The notes under the pieces were generated by a model that saw only the letters and a program-made list of their open reading frames with translations, did no database searches and was not told where the DNA came from. Below, one piece after another: positions 28,799 to 37,426 of a stretch of DNA of 64,000 bases. Both the position numbers and the translations under genes were made by a program. The DNA is from an uncultured Bacilli bacterium. Its GTDB lineage: Bacteria; Bacillota_I; Bacilli_A; RF39; UBA660. The first letter of the stretch is position 1. Each line of letters begins with the position of its first letter. The stretch lies in contig CAKOHG010000003.1 of NCBI GenBank assembly GCA_934085565.1, forward strand, positions 6,309-70,308, in the 5' to 3' direction.

Positions 28799-29047
28799 AT
28801 GAAAGAAGAAGATTTTACCCAAATGGTAGAACAAAATAAATTAGTTCATATTAAAGATAATTTATATTTAACGAATTATCAAAGAGAAGTTTTAGAAGAA
28901 TATCATATTCCTTATCAAAATGTTAAGAGTAACAAAGATTTGCTTTTTTACTTATCAGAAATAGGTTCTGATGAAGAATACGACGAACTTGAAAATGTTG
29001 CTCGTGAATTAGCAGATTATAGTTATTATCATGAAACTCATAAGTAG
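28799..29047 (+). CDS. Small acidic protein, unknown function
   Basis: ATG at 28799 lies 6 nt after AGAGGTG. No recognisable motif. Confidence 0.45.
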   Translation: MKEEDFTQMVEQNKLVHIKDNLYLTNYQREVLEEYHIPYQNVKSNKDLLFYLSEIGSDEEYDELENVARELADYSYYHETHK

Positions 29048-29060
29048 TAGGAGGAAGCCC

Positions 29061-30206
29061 ATGAAAACATATGTGGAAATAGATACCCAAAATATATTAC
29101 ATAATGTTTTGGAAATTAAAAAAAGTTATGCCGAATATAAATACATGATAGCTGTTTTAAAGTCAGGTGCCTATGGTCATGGCGAAAAAATTGTTGAAGA
29201 AGTAAAAAAAGGTGGCGCCGATTATATTGCGGTTTCCTATCTAAAAGAAGCCTTAGAAATTAGAAAGTATGATAAAAATATTCCTGTTTTGTGTTTACAA
29301 CCAATTAGTAGGGAAGATTTACCCGTCGCCATCCAAAATAAAATCACCTTATCTATACCTAGTCATGAATATCTTGTTAACTTGATTTCTTTACATATGA
29401 AAGAACCTATTAAATTACATTTACAAATAGATTCTGGTATGGGGCGTCTTGGTTTTCAAAATGAACAAGATGTTTTCACAGCCGTTAATTTAATTAAAAG
29501 TACGGAGTATTTAGAATTAGAAGGTATTTATACTCATTTGGCAACGACTGGTATTTTTGATAGACATTATGATGAGCAAATTAAAAGATTTCAAAAGATA
29601 ACAAGTTTAATTGATTTAAAAGAAATTCCTATGGTTCATATTTCTTCCAGTGTGAATTTAATGATTCATGAACGACCTTCTTTTGTGAATGCTTTTCGAG
29701 TAGGTATTTTATTATATGGTTATAATGTATGCCCAACGGAAAGTAAGGTAGGGCTTAAAAATAAACTTCGTTTAGCGCGTAATAATTTTTTAAGAAAAAT
29801 ATGGCATATTAGTAAAACAACTTTAAATGTTACTTTAGATGTGAAACCGGCTATGAAATTTATAACAGGCATTATTCAAATAAAAAAAGTAGAAAAAAAT
29901 ACATATTTAGGTTACGGAGCTACTTATAAAGTAAAAAAAGATATGCTGGTAGCTATTTTACCAGTGGGATATGCCAATGGTATTAGACCTACGAAAGTAT
30001 TGATTAAAGATAAATTATATCCTGTCGTCGGGGAAATTAGTATGAATATGATGATGATTCAAGTCGATGAAGATGTAAAACTAAATGATAAAGTTATTAT
30101 TCTAGGAGATGGAATTACCCTTGGAGCAGTTTCACGTGATAAACACATGGGAATTGCTCAGACATTAATTGAAATAGGTAATCAAAATGAAAGAGTATAT
30201 AAATAA
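29061..30206 (+). CDS. alr: Alanine racemase (PLP, fold type III)
   Basis: AVLKSGAYGHG (PLP-lysine motif, cf. VVKANAYGHG), THLATTG, LGYGATY, GEISMNMMMI. Start moved to the ATG at 29061 after AGGAGGAAG. Confidence 0.85.
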   Translation: MKTYVEIDTQNILHNVLEIKKSYAEYKYMIAVLKSGAYGHGEKIVEEVKKGGADYIAVSYLKEALEIRKYDKNIPVLCLQPISREDLPVAIQNKITLSIPSHEYLVNLISLHMKEPIKLHLQIDSGMGRLGFQNEQDVFTAVNLIKSTEYLELEGIYTHLATTGIFDRHYDEQIKRFQKITSLIDLKEIPMVHISSSVNLMIHERPSFVNAFRVGILLYGYNVCPTESKVGLKNKLRLARNNFLRKIWHISKTTLNVTLDVKPAMKFITGIIQIKKVEKNTYLGYGATYKVKKDMLVAILPVGYANGIRPTKVLIKDKLYPVVGEISMNMMMIQVDEDVKLNDKVIILGDGITLGAVSRDKHMGIAQTLIEIGNQNERVYK

Positions 30207-30220
30207 GAAAGAGGAAAAAT

Positions 30221-31243
30221 ATGGCAAACGTTTATAAATGGTTAATGAGAAAAAGAAAAGGAACTAATAAAGAAAGACTTAATAAAATGATAGATATTAT
30301 GGCTTTAGATAACCATGTGTCTAAGGCTAGAATTAAGTTAGACATGTATTTTAATATTTTGACAAGAGGAATAGGTTATACGGATTATTTCCGCGGTAAT
30401 TATTATAACTTAACTAAAAAAGAAAAAGATACTTTTGTTACAACTAAGTCTTTTTATAAATTAATTTCTTATTTAAATGATGACAAATATGAAATCGTAT
30501 TACATGATAAAATTTTATTTAATACGATTTTTAAAAAATATTTAAAACGAGAATTTATTGATTTAAGAGAAACGAGTTTAGAAGAATTTAAAACTTTTTT
30601 AAACTCTCGCAAAGTTGTTTTTGCAAAAGACCCTGTTGGATATGGGGGACATGGAATTACTAAAATAACCGTATCTAAAGAAAAAGATCTTAAAAAACTT
30701 TATGAAAAACTTTTAAAGCAAAAACAATACCTAATTGAAGAAGAGATTATTCAAAGTAAAGAAGTTAATGAAATTAACCCTAATGTTGTTTGTTCTTTAA
30801 GAATTTGTACTCTTTACAAAGACGGTAAAGTTTATTTGGTTGGCAATGCTTTTCGTATCAACCAAGATGAAAGTGAAATTATCGGTTGTACCAATGACCT
30901 TTACTTTAGTTTAGGAAAAGACGGTAAAATTGATTCTAATGTTATAGATGATTATGGAAAAATTTACGAAGAACATCCTTTAACACATAAAAAATTTAAA
31001 GAAGTAAAAATTCCTGATGTAAAAGAAGCATTTCTAATGTGTCAAGAAGCTGCTTTAAAACTTCCTCAAGTAAGATACATTGGTTGGGATATTGCTTTTA
31101 CGGATAATGGACCCCTTATGGTAGAGGGAAATGAATATCCTGGTTATGGTATTTTACAATTTTATAAACTAAAAAATAGTAAAGAAGGCTATTTAAAAGT
31201 ACTTGGAGATATTTTAGGTGATGAGTTAAAACAAATAAAATAA
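30221..31243 (+). CDS. ATP-grasp protein of the 'sugar-transfer-associated' type
   Basis: KDPVGYGGHGI..., EEEIIQ..., and C-terminal RYIGWDIAFTDNGPLMVEGNEYPG, characteristic of that ATP-grasp clade. Starts 15 nt after alr. Confidence 0.6.
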   Translation: MANVYKWLMRKRKGTNKERLNKMIDIMALDNHVSKARIKLDMYFNILTRGIGYTDYFRGNYYNLTKKEKDTFVTTKSFYKLISYLNDDKYEIVLHDKILFNTIFKKYLKREFIDLRETSLEEFKTFLNSRKVVFAKDPVGYGGHGITKITVSKEKDLKKLYEKLLKQKQYLIEEEIIQSKEVNEINPNVVCSLRICTLYKDGKVYLVGNAFRINQDESEIIGCTNDLYFSLGKDGKIDSNVIDDYGKIYEEHPLTHKKFKEVKIPDVKEAFLMCQEAALKLPQVRYIGWDIAFTDNGPLMVEGNEYPGYGILQFYKLKNSKEGYLKVLGDILGDELKQIK

Positions 31244-31251
31244 GAAGCAAA

Positions 31252-31280
31252 AATATTTAGTCTAAACTAAGTATTTTTTT
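31252..31280 (+). terminator. Rho-independent terminator
   Basis: 10-bp stem aatatttagt/actaagtatt (one G-U pair), 4-nt loop, T7. Confidence 0.75.
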
Positions 31281-31307
31281 CATATCATTTTCTAGGTGAT
31301 ACTTCTT

Positions 31308-33896
31308 ATGGACATAAAAGGTTTAAATAAAAAAGAAGTAGAAGTGCAAAGAAAATTAAATGGTGCCAATGTTTTAACGGAAAAAAAGCAAAAAAGTTTT
31401 ATGCGTTTACTTCTAGAATCTTTAGGGGACCCCATTATTAAAATTCTTTTAGTTGCTTTAGCCATAAAAGTAGTTTTTTTATTTCGAGATTTTGATTGGT
31501 TTGAAACTCTAGGAATTTTAATCGCTATTTTTTTAGCGTCTTTTATTTCTACCATTAGTGAATATGGCAGTGAAGAAGCCTTTAAAAAACTCCAAGAAGA
31601 ACAAGATAGTATCGAGGTAAAAGCCAAAAGAGACGGTAAGATTACAACGATAAAACTAGAAGAGGTTGTCACTAAAGATATTATCTTTTTATCATCAGGT
31701 GATAAAGTGCCCGCGGATGGCTTTTTAGTATCCGGCAAAATCAGTGTAGATGAGTCCCGACTTAATGGGGAAACCAAAGAGCATTTAAAAGACGCGAATA
31801 CAGACGATAAAAATATTTTAAGAGGGGCTGTTGTCTATGACGGGGAAGCTTATATGGAGGTTAGTGTGGTCGGGGATAAAACGGTATATGGTAATTTAGC
31901 TAAAGAGCTTCAAGAAGAAGAACCGATGAGTCCTTTGAAGTTAAGACTACAAGGATTAGCTAAAACCATTAGTAAAATTGGTTATATTGGAGCCTTTTTA
32001 GTAACCTGTTCTTATTTATTTTCGGTAATTGTTTTGGATAATCATTTTGATGGAGAAGCTATTTTAAATACCATTACGAATGTTCATTTAATGGCAGATT
32101 ATCTTATTTATTCTTTGACTTTATCTGTAACTATCATTGTCGTGGCTGTTCCAGAGGGTCTTCCTATGATGATTACATTAGTTTTATCAAGTAATATGAA
32201 AAGAATGCTTAAAAATAATGTTTTAGTGAGAAAATTAGTAGGAATTGAAACCACGGGTTCGTTAAATATTTTATTTACCGACAAAACAGGTACGCTTACC
32301 AAAGGTAAATTAGAGGTTATGCAAATTATTAGCAACGAAGAGGCTTTTGACAAAGAAAGTAAATTAAAAAAGTATCCTCGTTATTATGAGGTACTTGCTC
32401 AAAATCTTATTTTAAACAATCAAAGTATTTATAGTGATGATGTTATCATTGGTGGTAATGCCACCGACCGAGCTTTATTATCTTTTTTAAAACCCCAAAC
32501 GTTTTCTAGTGAAATTATGAAACACACTTATTTTAATAGTACAAATAAGTATTCCGCTGTTACTATTAAAGATAAAGGAATTAAAAGAACGCTTTTAAAA
32601 GGAGCCAGTGAAGTATTACTCCCTAAGTGTCACCGTTATTTAAAGTTAAATGGAGAAGAAAAGCCTTTTATTACCAAAAATGAAATAGAACAAAAGATAA
32701 AAAATTTAACGAGTAAAGGATGTCGTGTTTTAACGCTGGCTATGGGACATGATGAAGATGAAAGTTATTTAACTTTCTTAGGTTTAGTTGTTCTAAAAGA
32801 TGATTTAAGAGAAGAAGCCCTTAAAGGGGTAGAACTCATTCAAAATGCTGGCATTCAAGTAGTGATGATAACGGGAGACGCGAAAGATACGGCTACTTCA
32901 ATTGCCAAAGAGGTTGGTATCATTAAAGATAGTAGTGATATCGTGTTAACGAGTACGGAGCTTAATTACTATAGTGATGAACAAATTAAAGAAATTTTAC
33001 CACGTTTAAGAGTAGTCGCAAGAGCTCTTCCCCAAGATAAGAGTCGTCTTGTTAAGTTATCCTTAGAGCAAAATTTTGTTGTTGGTATGACAGGGGATGG
33101 GGTAAATGACGCGCCTGCTTTAAAAAAAGCAAACGTTGGCTTTGCCATGGGAAGTGGGACAGAAGTAGCCAAAGAAGCGAGTGATATTGTTATTTTAGAC
33201 GACAATATTTTATCGATAAGTCAAGCTATTTTATATGGACGAACGATTTTTAAAAGTATCCGTAAATTTATTATTTATCAATTAACGTGTAATTTCTGTG
33301 CTTTATTTCTTTCTATTATTGGACCTTTTATTGGGGTTAATACGCCTATTACTATTATTCAGATGTTGTGGATAAATATGATTATGGATACTTTTGCTGG
33401 TCTTGCTTTTTCTTATGAACCTGCTCTTTTAGAAACAATGAAAGAAAATCCTAAAGATAAAAAAGAACCTATTTTAAACCGTTATATGTATTCACAAATA
33501 TTATGGCTTAGTGTTTATTCGGCTTTACTTTGTATCTTCTTTTTAAAGTCACCTTTTATTCATAATTTAATAAGAACCGGTGAAAATGACAAATATTTAA
33601 TGACAGCTTACTTTGCCTTATTTATTTTCATTGGTATTGGTAATGCTTTTAATGCTAGAACCCATAGGTTAAATATTTTGGCTCATATTAAAGAAAATAA
33701 AGTGTTTTTATTAACGATTCTTTTTATTTGTACCGTGCAAATTATTTTAATTTATAAAGGGGGCGTTGTTTTTAGAACTTTTGGTTTAACTCCTTTTGAA
33801 TTATTTTTAGTTTTATTATTATCATTCACGGTTATTCCTATGGATTTTATAAGAAAGATAATTTTACATCGTAAAGGAATTAAATTAGGTGTTTAG
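31308..33896 (+). CDS. P-type Ca2+-transporting ATPase (P2 type)
   Basis: DKTGTLT phosphorylation site, TGDAKDTA, GDGVNDAPALKKA, PEGLP in M4, N-terminal cation-ATPase-N segment. Start moved to the ATG at 31308 after AGGTGA. Confidence 0.92.
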   Translation: MDIKGLNKKEVEVQRKLNGANVLTEKKQKSFMRLLLESLGDPIIKILLVALAIKVVFLFRDFDWFETLGILIAIFLASFISTISEYGSEEAFKKLQEEQDSIEVKAKRDGKITTIKLEEVVTKDIIFLSSGDKVPADGFLVSGKISVDESRLNGETKEHLKDANTDDKNILRGAVVYDGEAYMEVSVVGDKTVYGNLAKELQEEEPMSPLKLRLQGLAKTISKIGYIGAFLVTCSYLFSVIVLDNHFDGEAILNTITNVHLMADYLIYSLTLSVTIIVVAVPEGLPMMITLVLSSNMKRMLKNNVLVRKLVGIETTGSLNILFTDKTGTLTKGKLEVMQIISNEEAFDKESKLKKYPRYYEVLAQNLILNNQSIYSDDVIIGGNATDRALLSFLKPQTFSSEIMKHTYFNSTNKYSAVTIKDKGIKRTLLKGASEVLLPKCHRYLKLNGEEKPFITKNEIEQKIKNLTSKGCRVLTLAMGHDEDESYLTFLGLVVLKDDLREEALKGVELIQNAGIQVVMITGDAKDTATSIAKEVGIIKDSSDIVLTSTELNYYSDEQIKEILPRLRVVARALPQDKSRLVKLSLEQNFVVGMTGDGVNDAPALKKANVGFAMGSGTEVAKEASDIVILDDNILSISQAILYGRTIFKSIRKFIIYQLTCNFCALFLSIIGPFIGVNTPITIIQMLWINMIMDTFAGLAFSYEPALLETMKENPKDKKEPILNRYMYSQILWLSVYSALLCIFFLKSPFIHNLIRTGENDKYLMTAYFALFIFIGIGNAFNARTHRLNILAHIKENKVFLLTILFICTVQIILIYKGGVVFRTFGLTPFELFLVLLLSFTVIPMDFIRKIILHRKGIKLGV

Positions 33897-33948
33897 TTTT
33901 TTATTCAAATATGATACTATTAACTTAGAATAGAGTAGGTAGTGTGAT

Positions 33949-34839
33949 ATGGAAAATAAATATAAGAAAATAATTTTAATTGTTATTTTACTTTTTCTTA
34001 TTATTTCTTTAATGGTCTTTTATTTTTATAAGAGGACTTTGACTAGTAGTCAAAGTAATCGCTGTGCATTAGATGTGTCATCTTTAAATATTTTATACGG
34101 TTCTTATTATGTAATTGAAGATTTTGTAAATAATGTTTCTGATAATTGTACTTTGTCTTTTTTAGAAGAGGATATGCAAAATTATACGGACGTAGGACAA
34201 TATAAAATTACTATCGTGGCTGAAGAGCTTAATAAGAGTGATACTCGCATAACGAAACAAACAACATTAAGAATTTTAGAAAATAAAACGAAAGAAATTG
34301 ATGTTGGGGAACTTATAAGTTATATCCCTAAAGATATGGTAGATTTATCTCAAAATGTGTATGCAAATCAAAATGTTTTAGAAACTGCCTTAATTGGTAA
34401 AAGTCTTAGTGCTTTAGGAAATAAAGTCTCTTTAGAGGATTTAAAAAATTATCTTATGATGAATTATAACAAAACGGTTGACGAGCAAATTTTAAGTGGC
34501 AACCTTCATTATGATAATAGCTGCTATGTTTATGATGGTGCTTATTTTGAAGGAAGTGAATGTGCTACGATTCAAAAGTTTCTTTTAGAAAAAACTGAAA
34601 TAGTTCAAAAGACAAAGGAACAAATTATTTTAGAAACTTATGCGATTTATAATAGCTTAACAGATAATGGCAATTTTAATCTTTATGATTTTGATACGAA
34701 CAATATTTTAAAAGAGAATTTAACAAAAGAAGAAGTAGATAATTATTTTAACGAAAATAATATGTCTTTTCCTAAATATCAACATACCTTTACAAAAAAA
34801 GATAACCAATACATATGGACAAAAACAGAGAAAATTTAA
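33949..34839 (+). CDS. N-terminally anchored extracytoplasmic protein with Ig-like module, unknown function
   Basis: TM IILIVILLFLIISLMVFYFY. The segment ...NYTDVGQYKITIVAEE...TTLRILE resembles bacterial Ig-like (DUF5011-type) domains. Confidence 0.5.
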   Translation: MENKYKKIILIVILLFLIISLMVFYFYKRTLTSSQSNRCALDVSSLNILYGSYYVIEDFVNNVSDNCTLSFLEEDMQNYTDVGQYKITIVAEELNKSDTRITKQTTLRILENKTKEIDVGELISYIPKDMVDLSQNVYANQNVLETALIGKSLSALGNKVSLEDLKNYLMMNYNKTVDEQILSGNLHYDNSCYVYDGAYFEGSECATIQKFLLEKTEIVQKTKEQIILETYAIYNSLTDNGNFNLYDFDTNNILKENLTKEEVDNYFNENNMSFPKYQHTFTKKDNQYIWTKTEKI

Positions 34840-34948
34840 AATAAAAGATAGTTAGAGATAGTTATCTTTTTCTATATCATCATGACTTGTGAAAGAAAAA
34901 TAAAAATGATATGATGAAGCTAGAAAAAAGCAAACGAAAGGAAATATT

Positions 34949-35500
34949 ATGAAAAAGAAATGGGTTAAAATTATGTTAATTAGTATTATTGTTCTTTTAA
35001 TAGGTGGCAGTATTTTTATTATGTATCTTGCTAATAATCAGTGTACGGAAAACGGGAAAAAGGCTATTTTTGGTACATGGGGGAAAAGATGTTCACCGGT
35101 AGTAGATATCAAAGACGATGGCAAAGATTATTCTAAAAATGTGGATAATATGGAAATTAAATGGCATATTCCATCTTCTTGGAACTATAAAGAAGTTGAG
35201 ACTACTAATAATATTTTATTTTCTTTAAAGTTATATAAAGAAAATAATGAAGATTATGCACTTTTAAATGTTTATGAAGACTCTTATGGTGTATGCGGGA
35301 CAGGAAGAACGGAGAATACTTTTACTTTAAATAATAACCAAGAAGCTACTATAGGTTATTATTACAATAATCCGATTTGGTCTGATATTTCATTTAAAGA
35401 TTATGCTCCAAAAGTAGCTATTATTAATTATTCTTTAAAAGAAAATGAAGCTAAAGAAATATTAGAATTTATTAAAACAATAGAAATAACCGAAAATTAA
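34949..35500 (+). CDS. N-terminally anchored extracytoplasmic protein, unknown function
   Basis: SD AAAGGAAA upstream. TM IMLISIIVLLIGGSIFIMYL. Confidence 0.5.
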   Translation: MKKKWVKIMLISIIVLLIGGSIFIMYLANNQCTENGKKAIFGTWGKRCSPVVDIKDDGKDYSKNVDNMEIKWHIPSSWNYKEVETTNNILFSLKLYKENNEDYALLNVYEDSYGVCGTGRTENTFTLNNNQEATIGYYYNNPIWSDISFKDYAPKVAIINYSLKENEAKEILEFIKTIEITEN

Positions 35501-35508
35501 TAGGAGTA

Positions 35509-35538
35509 AGTCAAGACTTAAGTGTTTTGACTTTTTTT
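35509..35538 (+). terminator. Rho-independent terminator
   Basis: agtcaaga-N8-ttttgact stem (one G-U pair) plus T7. Confidence 0.6.
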
Positions 35539-35607
35539 AATATGTTCTTTTGCTTGTCTTTAAAAGAATAATTTCATATAATTGTTATAGGATAAAAAGG
35601 TGATAGT

Positions 35608-37377
35608 ATGTTTGGAAAAATAATAGATATTAATGAAAATCATGTTTATGTTGAAAATTTACAAAAAACTTTATTAGCTAATTTAAAAGGGATACATGTT
35701 ACATTTCAAGATAAAGAAAGATTAATTATTGGTAAGATAGTAGAGGTTAGACAAGATAAAATAGATATCTATTTATTGGGAGAAATCTTTAATCATAAAT
35801 TTATACAAGGAATATATAAGGCGCCATCTTTAAATATTTCTCCTCGTATTATTACTGGTGAAGAACTTATTTCTTTAGTGGGAACTCAAAATTATCATGA
35901 TAAAAATACTCTTTTAATTGGAAGTTCGCTTACTTATGAGAATTTCAAAATAACTGCTGATATGAATCAATTTTTTTCTAATCATTTTGCTATTATTGGT
36001 AACTCTGGTTATGGTAAAAGTTGTGGGGTAGCGCGTATTTTACAAAATGTCTTTACTTATAATGAAACTCCTCCTTTAAATGCTCATATTGTTTTATTTG
36101 ATGTTTATGGAGAATATAAAAGTGCTTTAGAAGGATTAGAGAATATTTCTTCTATTCACTTTAAAAGTTATGAAAATAGTTTTCAAGAAGGGTCAACCAC
36201 TATTAGCTTTCCCCCATATTTTTTAGACGCAGACGATTTAGCTATTTTACTTAATGTAGAAGACGCTTATTTAATCCCAATTTTAGAAAAAACATTACAG
36301 TATGTTCGTATTTTCAAAAATGAAGACCCTCAAAGTTTAGAATACAAAAATAATATTATCGCGACCGCTTTATTAGAGGTTTTATCAAGTGGTAAAGAAG
36401 CCAGTCAAATAAGAGACCAAATTATTTCTATCTTAACCAAATATAATACGTCTGATTTAAATGTAAATAGTGAAATCAAAGAACCTGGTTACACAAGAAC
36501 ATTAAGACAATGCTTAAATATCGATAGCCAGGGAAAAATTAACGCGATTACACAAGTGATTGATTTTTTAAATAAATTTAAGAAAATAAATTTACAAACT
36601 AACTTTGTGGTACCTAATTTAGCGTATTCTTTAGAAGATATTTATGACGCCTTAGAATTTGCTTTATTAAGTGAAGGGGTTTATAATTCGGTATCGATGT
36701 ATGAAAGAGCTGTCTCTTTAAAAACACATTTATATCAAATTATCAATAGCCCTAATAAACGATTTTTTGAATATAAAGAAATTATTAGCAAAAAAGATTA
36801 TATTGAAGGCTTATTTAAAACAATAAATAACGAAAAAGCTCAAATTATTAATATTAACTTAAATGAAATGGAAGATCGATTTGCCAAGATTTTAACCAAA
36901 CTTTATTCCAAATTGTTTTTTAACTATGCGACTAATTTAACTGACCGAGGTTCTTTTCCTGTTAACATCATTTTAGAAGAAGCCCATCGTTATGTTACTA
37001 AAGATAATGATATTGATGTTATTGGATATAATATTTTTGATAGAATAACTAAAGAAGGTCGTAAATACGGGGTACTAATGGGCTTTATTACCCAAAGACC
37101 TAGTGAATTATCTAAAACTGCTTTATCTCAATGTTCTAATTTCTTAGTTTTTAGAATTTTTCATCCTGATGATTATGAAATTATTGATTCGATAACTTCC
37201 AGTGTTACGAGAGATGATTTAAATAATTTAAAAACTTTACGTCGTGGTATGGCTCTTACTTTTGGTACAGCCTTTAATTTACCTATGATTGTTAAATTAG
37301 ATATGCCAAATCCTATGCCATCTAGTAGTAATGTCGATATTGTTAATAAATGGTATGAAAATAATAGTCTTCAATGA
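35608..37377 (+). CDS. HerA/FtsK-superfamily ATPase (HAS-barrel + DUF87-type P-loop domain)
   Basis: N-terminal barrel-like GKIIDINENHVYVE...GKIVEVRQDKIDIYLLGE. Walker A: IIGNSGYGKSCG. Walker B: VNIILEEAHRY. Also EGRKYGVLMGFITQRPSELSKTALSQCSNFLVFRI. Confidence 0.8.
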   Translation: MFGKIIDINENHVYVENLQKTLLANLKGIHVTFQDKERLIIGKIVEVRQDKIDIYLLGEIFNHKFIQGIYKAPSLNISPRIITGEELISLVGTQNYHDKNTLLIGSSLTYENFKITADMNQFFSNHFAIIGNSGYGKSCGVARILQNVFTYNETPPLNAHIVLFDVYGEYKSALEGLENISSIHFKSYENSFQEGSTTISFPPYFLDADDLAILLNVEDAYLIPILEKTLQYVRIFKNEDPQSLEYKNNIIATALLEVLSSGKEASQIRDQIISILTKYNTSDLNVNSEIKEPGYTRTLRQCLNIDSQGKINAITQVIDFLNKFKKINLQTNFVVPNLAYSLEDIYDALEFALLSEGVYNSVSMYERAVSLKTHLYQIINSPNKRFFEYKEIISKKDYIEGLFKTINNEKAQIININLNEMEDRFAKILTKLYSKLFFNYATNLTDRGSFPVNIILEEAHRYVTKDNDIDVIGYNIFDRITKEGRKYGVLMGFITQRPSELSKTALSQCSNFLVFRIFHPDDYEIIDSITSSVTRDDLNNLKTLRRGMALTFGTAFNLPMIVKLDMPNPMPSSSNVDIVNKWYENNSLQ

Positions 37378-37391
37378 GGACTATTTTTTTT
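37363..37391 (+). terminator. Rho-independent terminator of the HerA-like gene
   Basis: aatagtct-N7-ggactatt stem with the TGA stop in the loop, followed by T7. Confidence 0.65.
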
Positions 37392-37426
37392 ACTTAAATT
37401 ATCTCATAAAAAAAAGCCCTTAGGCT

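Noticed and set aside
28787-28804. 18-nt exact repeat gaggtgtttgagatgaaa, found at 28787..28804 and again at 57633..57650
   Set aside because: Both copies are simply an SD (GAGGTG), a 6-nt spacer, and ATG AAA at a gene start. There is no extended flanking similarity. Convergence on an optimal translation-initiation context is the most likely explanation, not a mobile or regulatory repeat.
31292-31777. Antisense ORF (161 aa, minus strand) opposite the start of the P-type ATPase. The same class includes 802..1002, 1732..2019, 16264..16876, 22271..22682, 32108..32353, 32969..33205, 42329..42826, 43676..43960, 44467..44784, 51611..51868, 53751..54125, 54153..54362, 55750..56001 and 62547..62813
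   Set aside because: Each lies fully inside, or antisense to, a CDS with strong family motifs. They have low-complexity S/F/L/K-rich translations typical of the reverse frame of K/E-rich AT-rich genes, and none has an SD.
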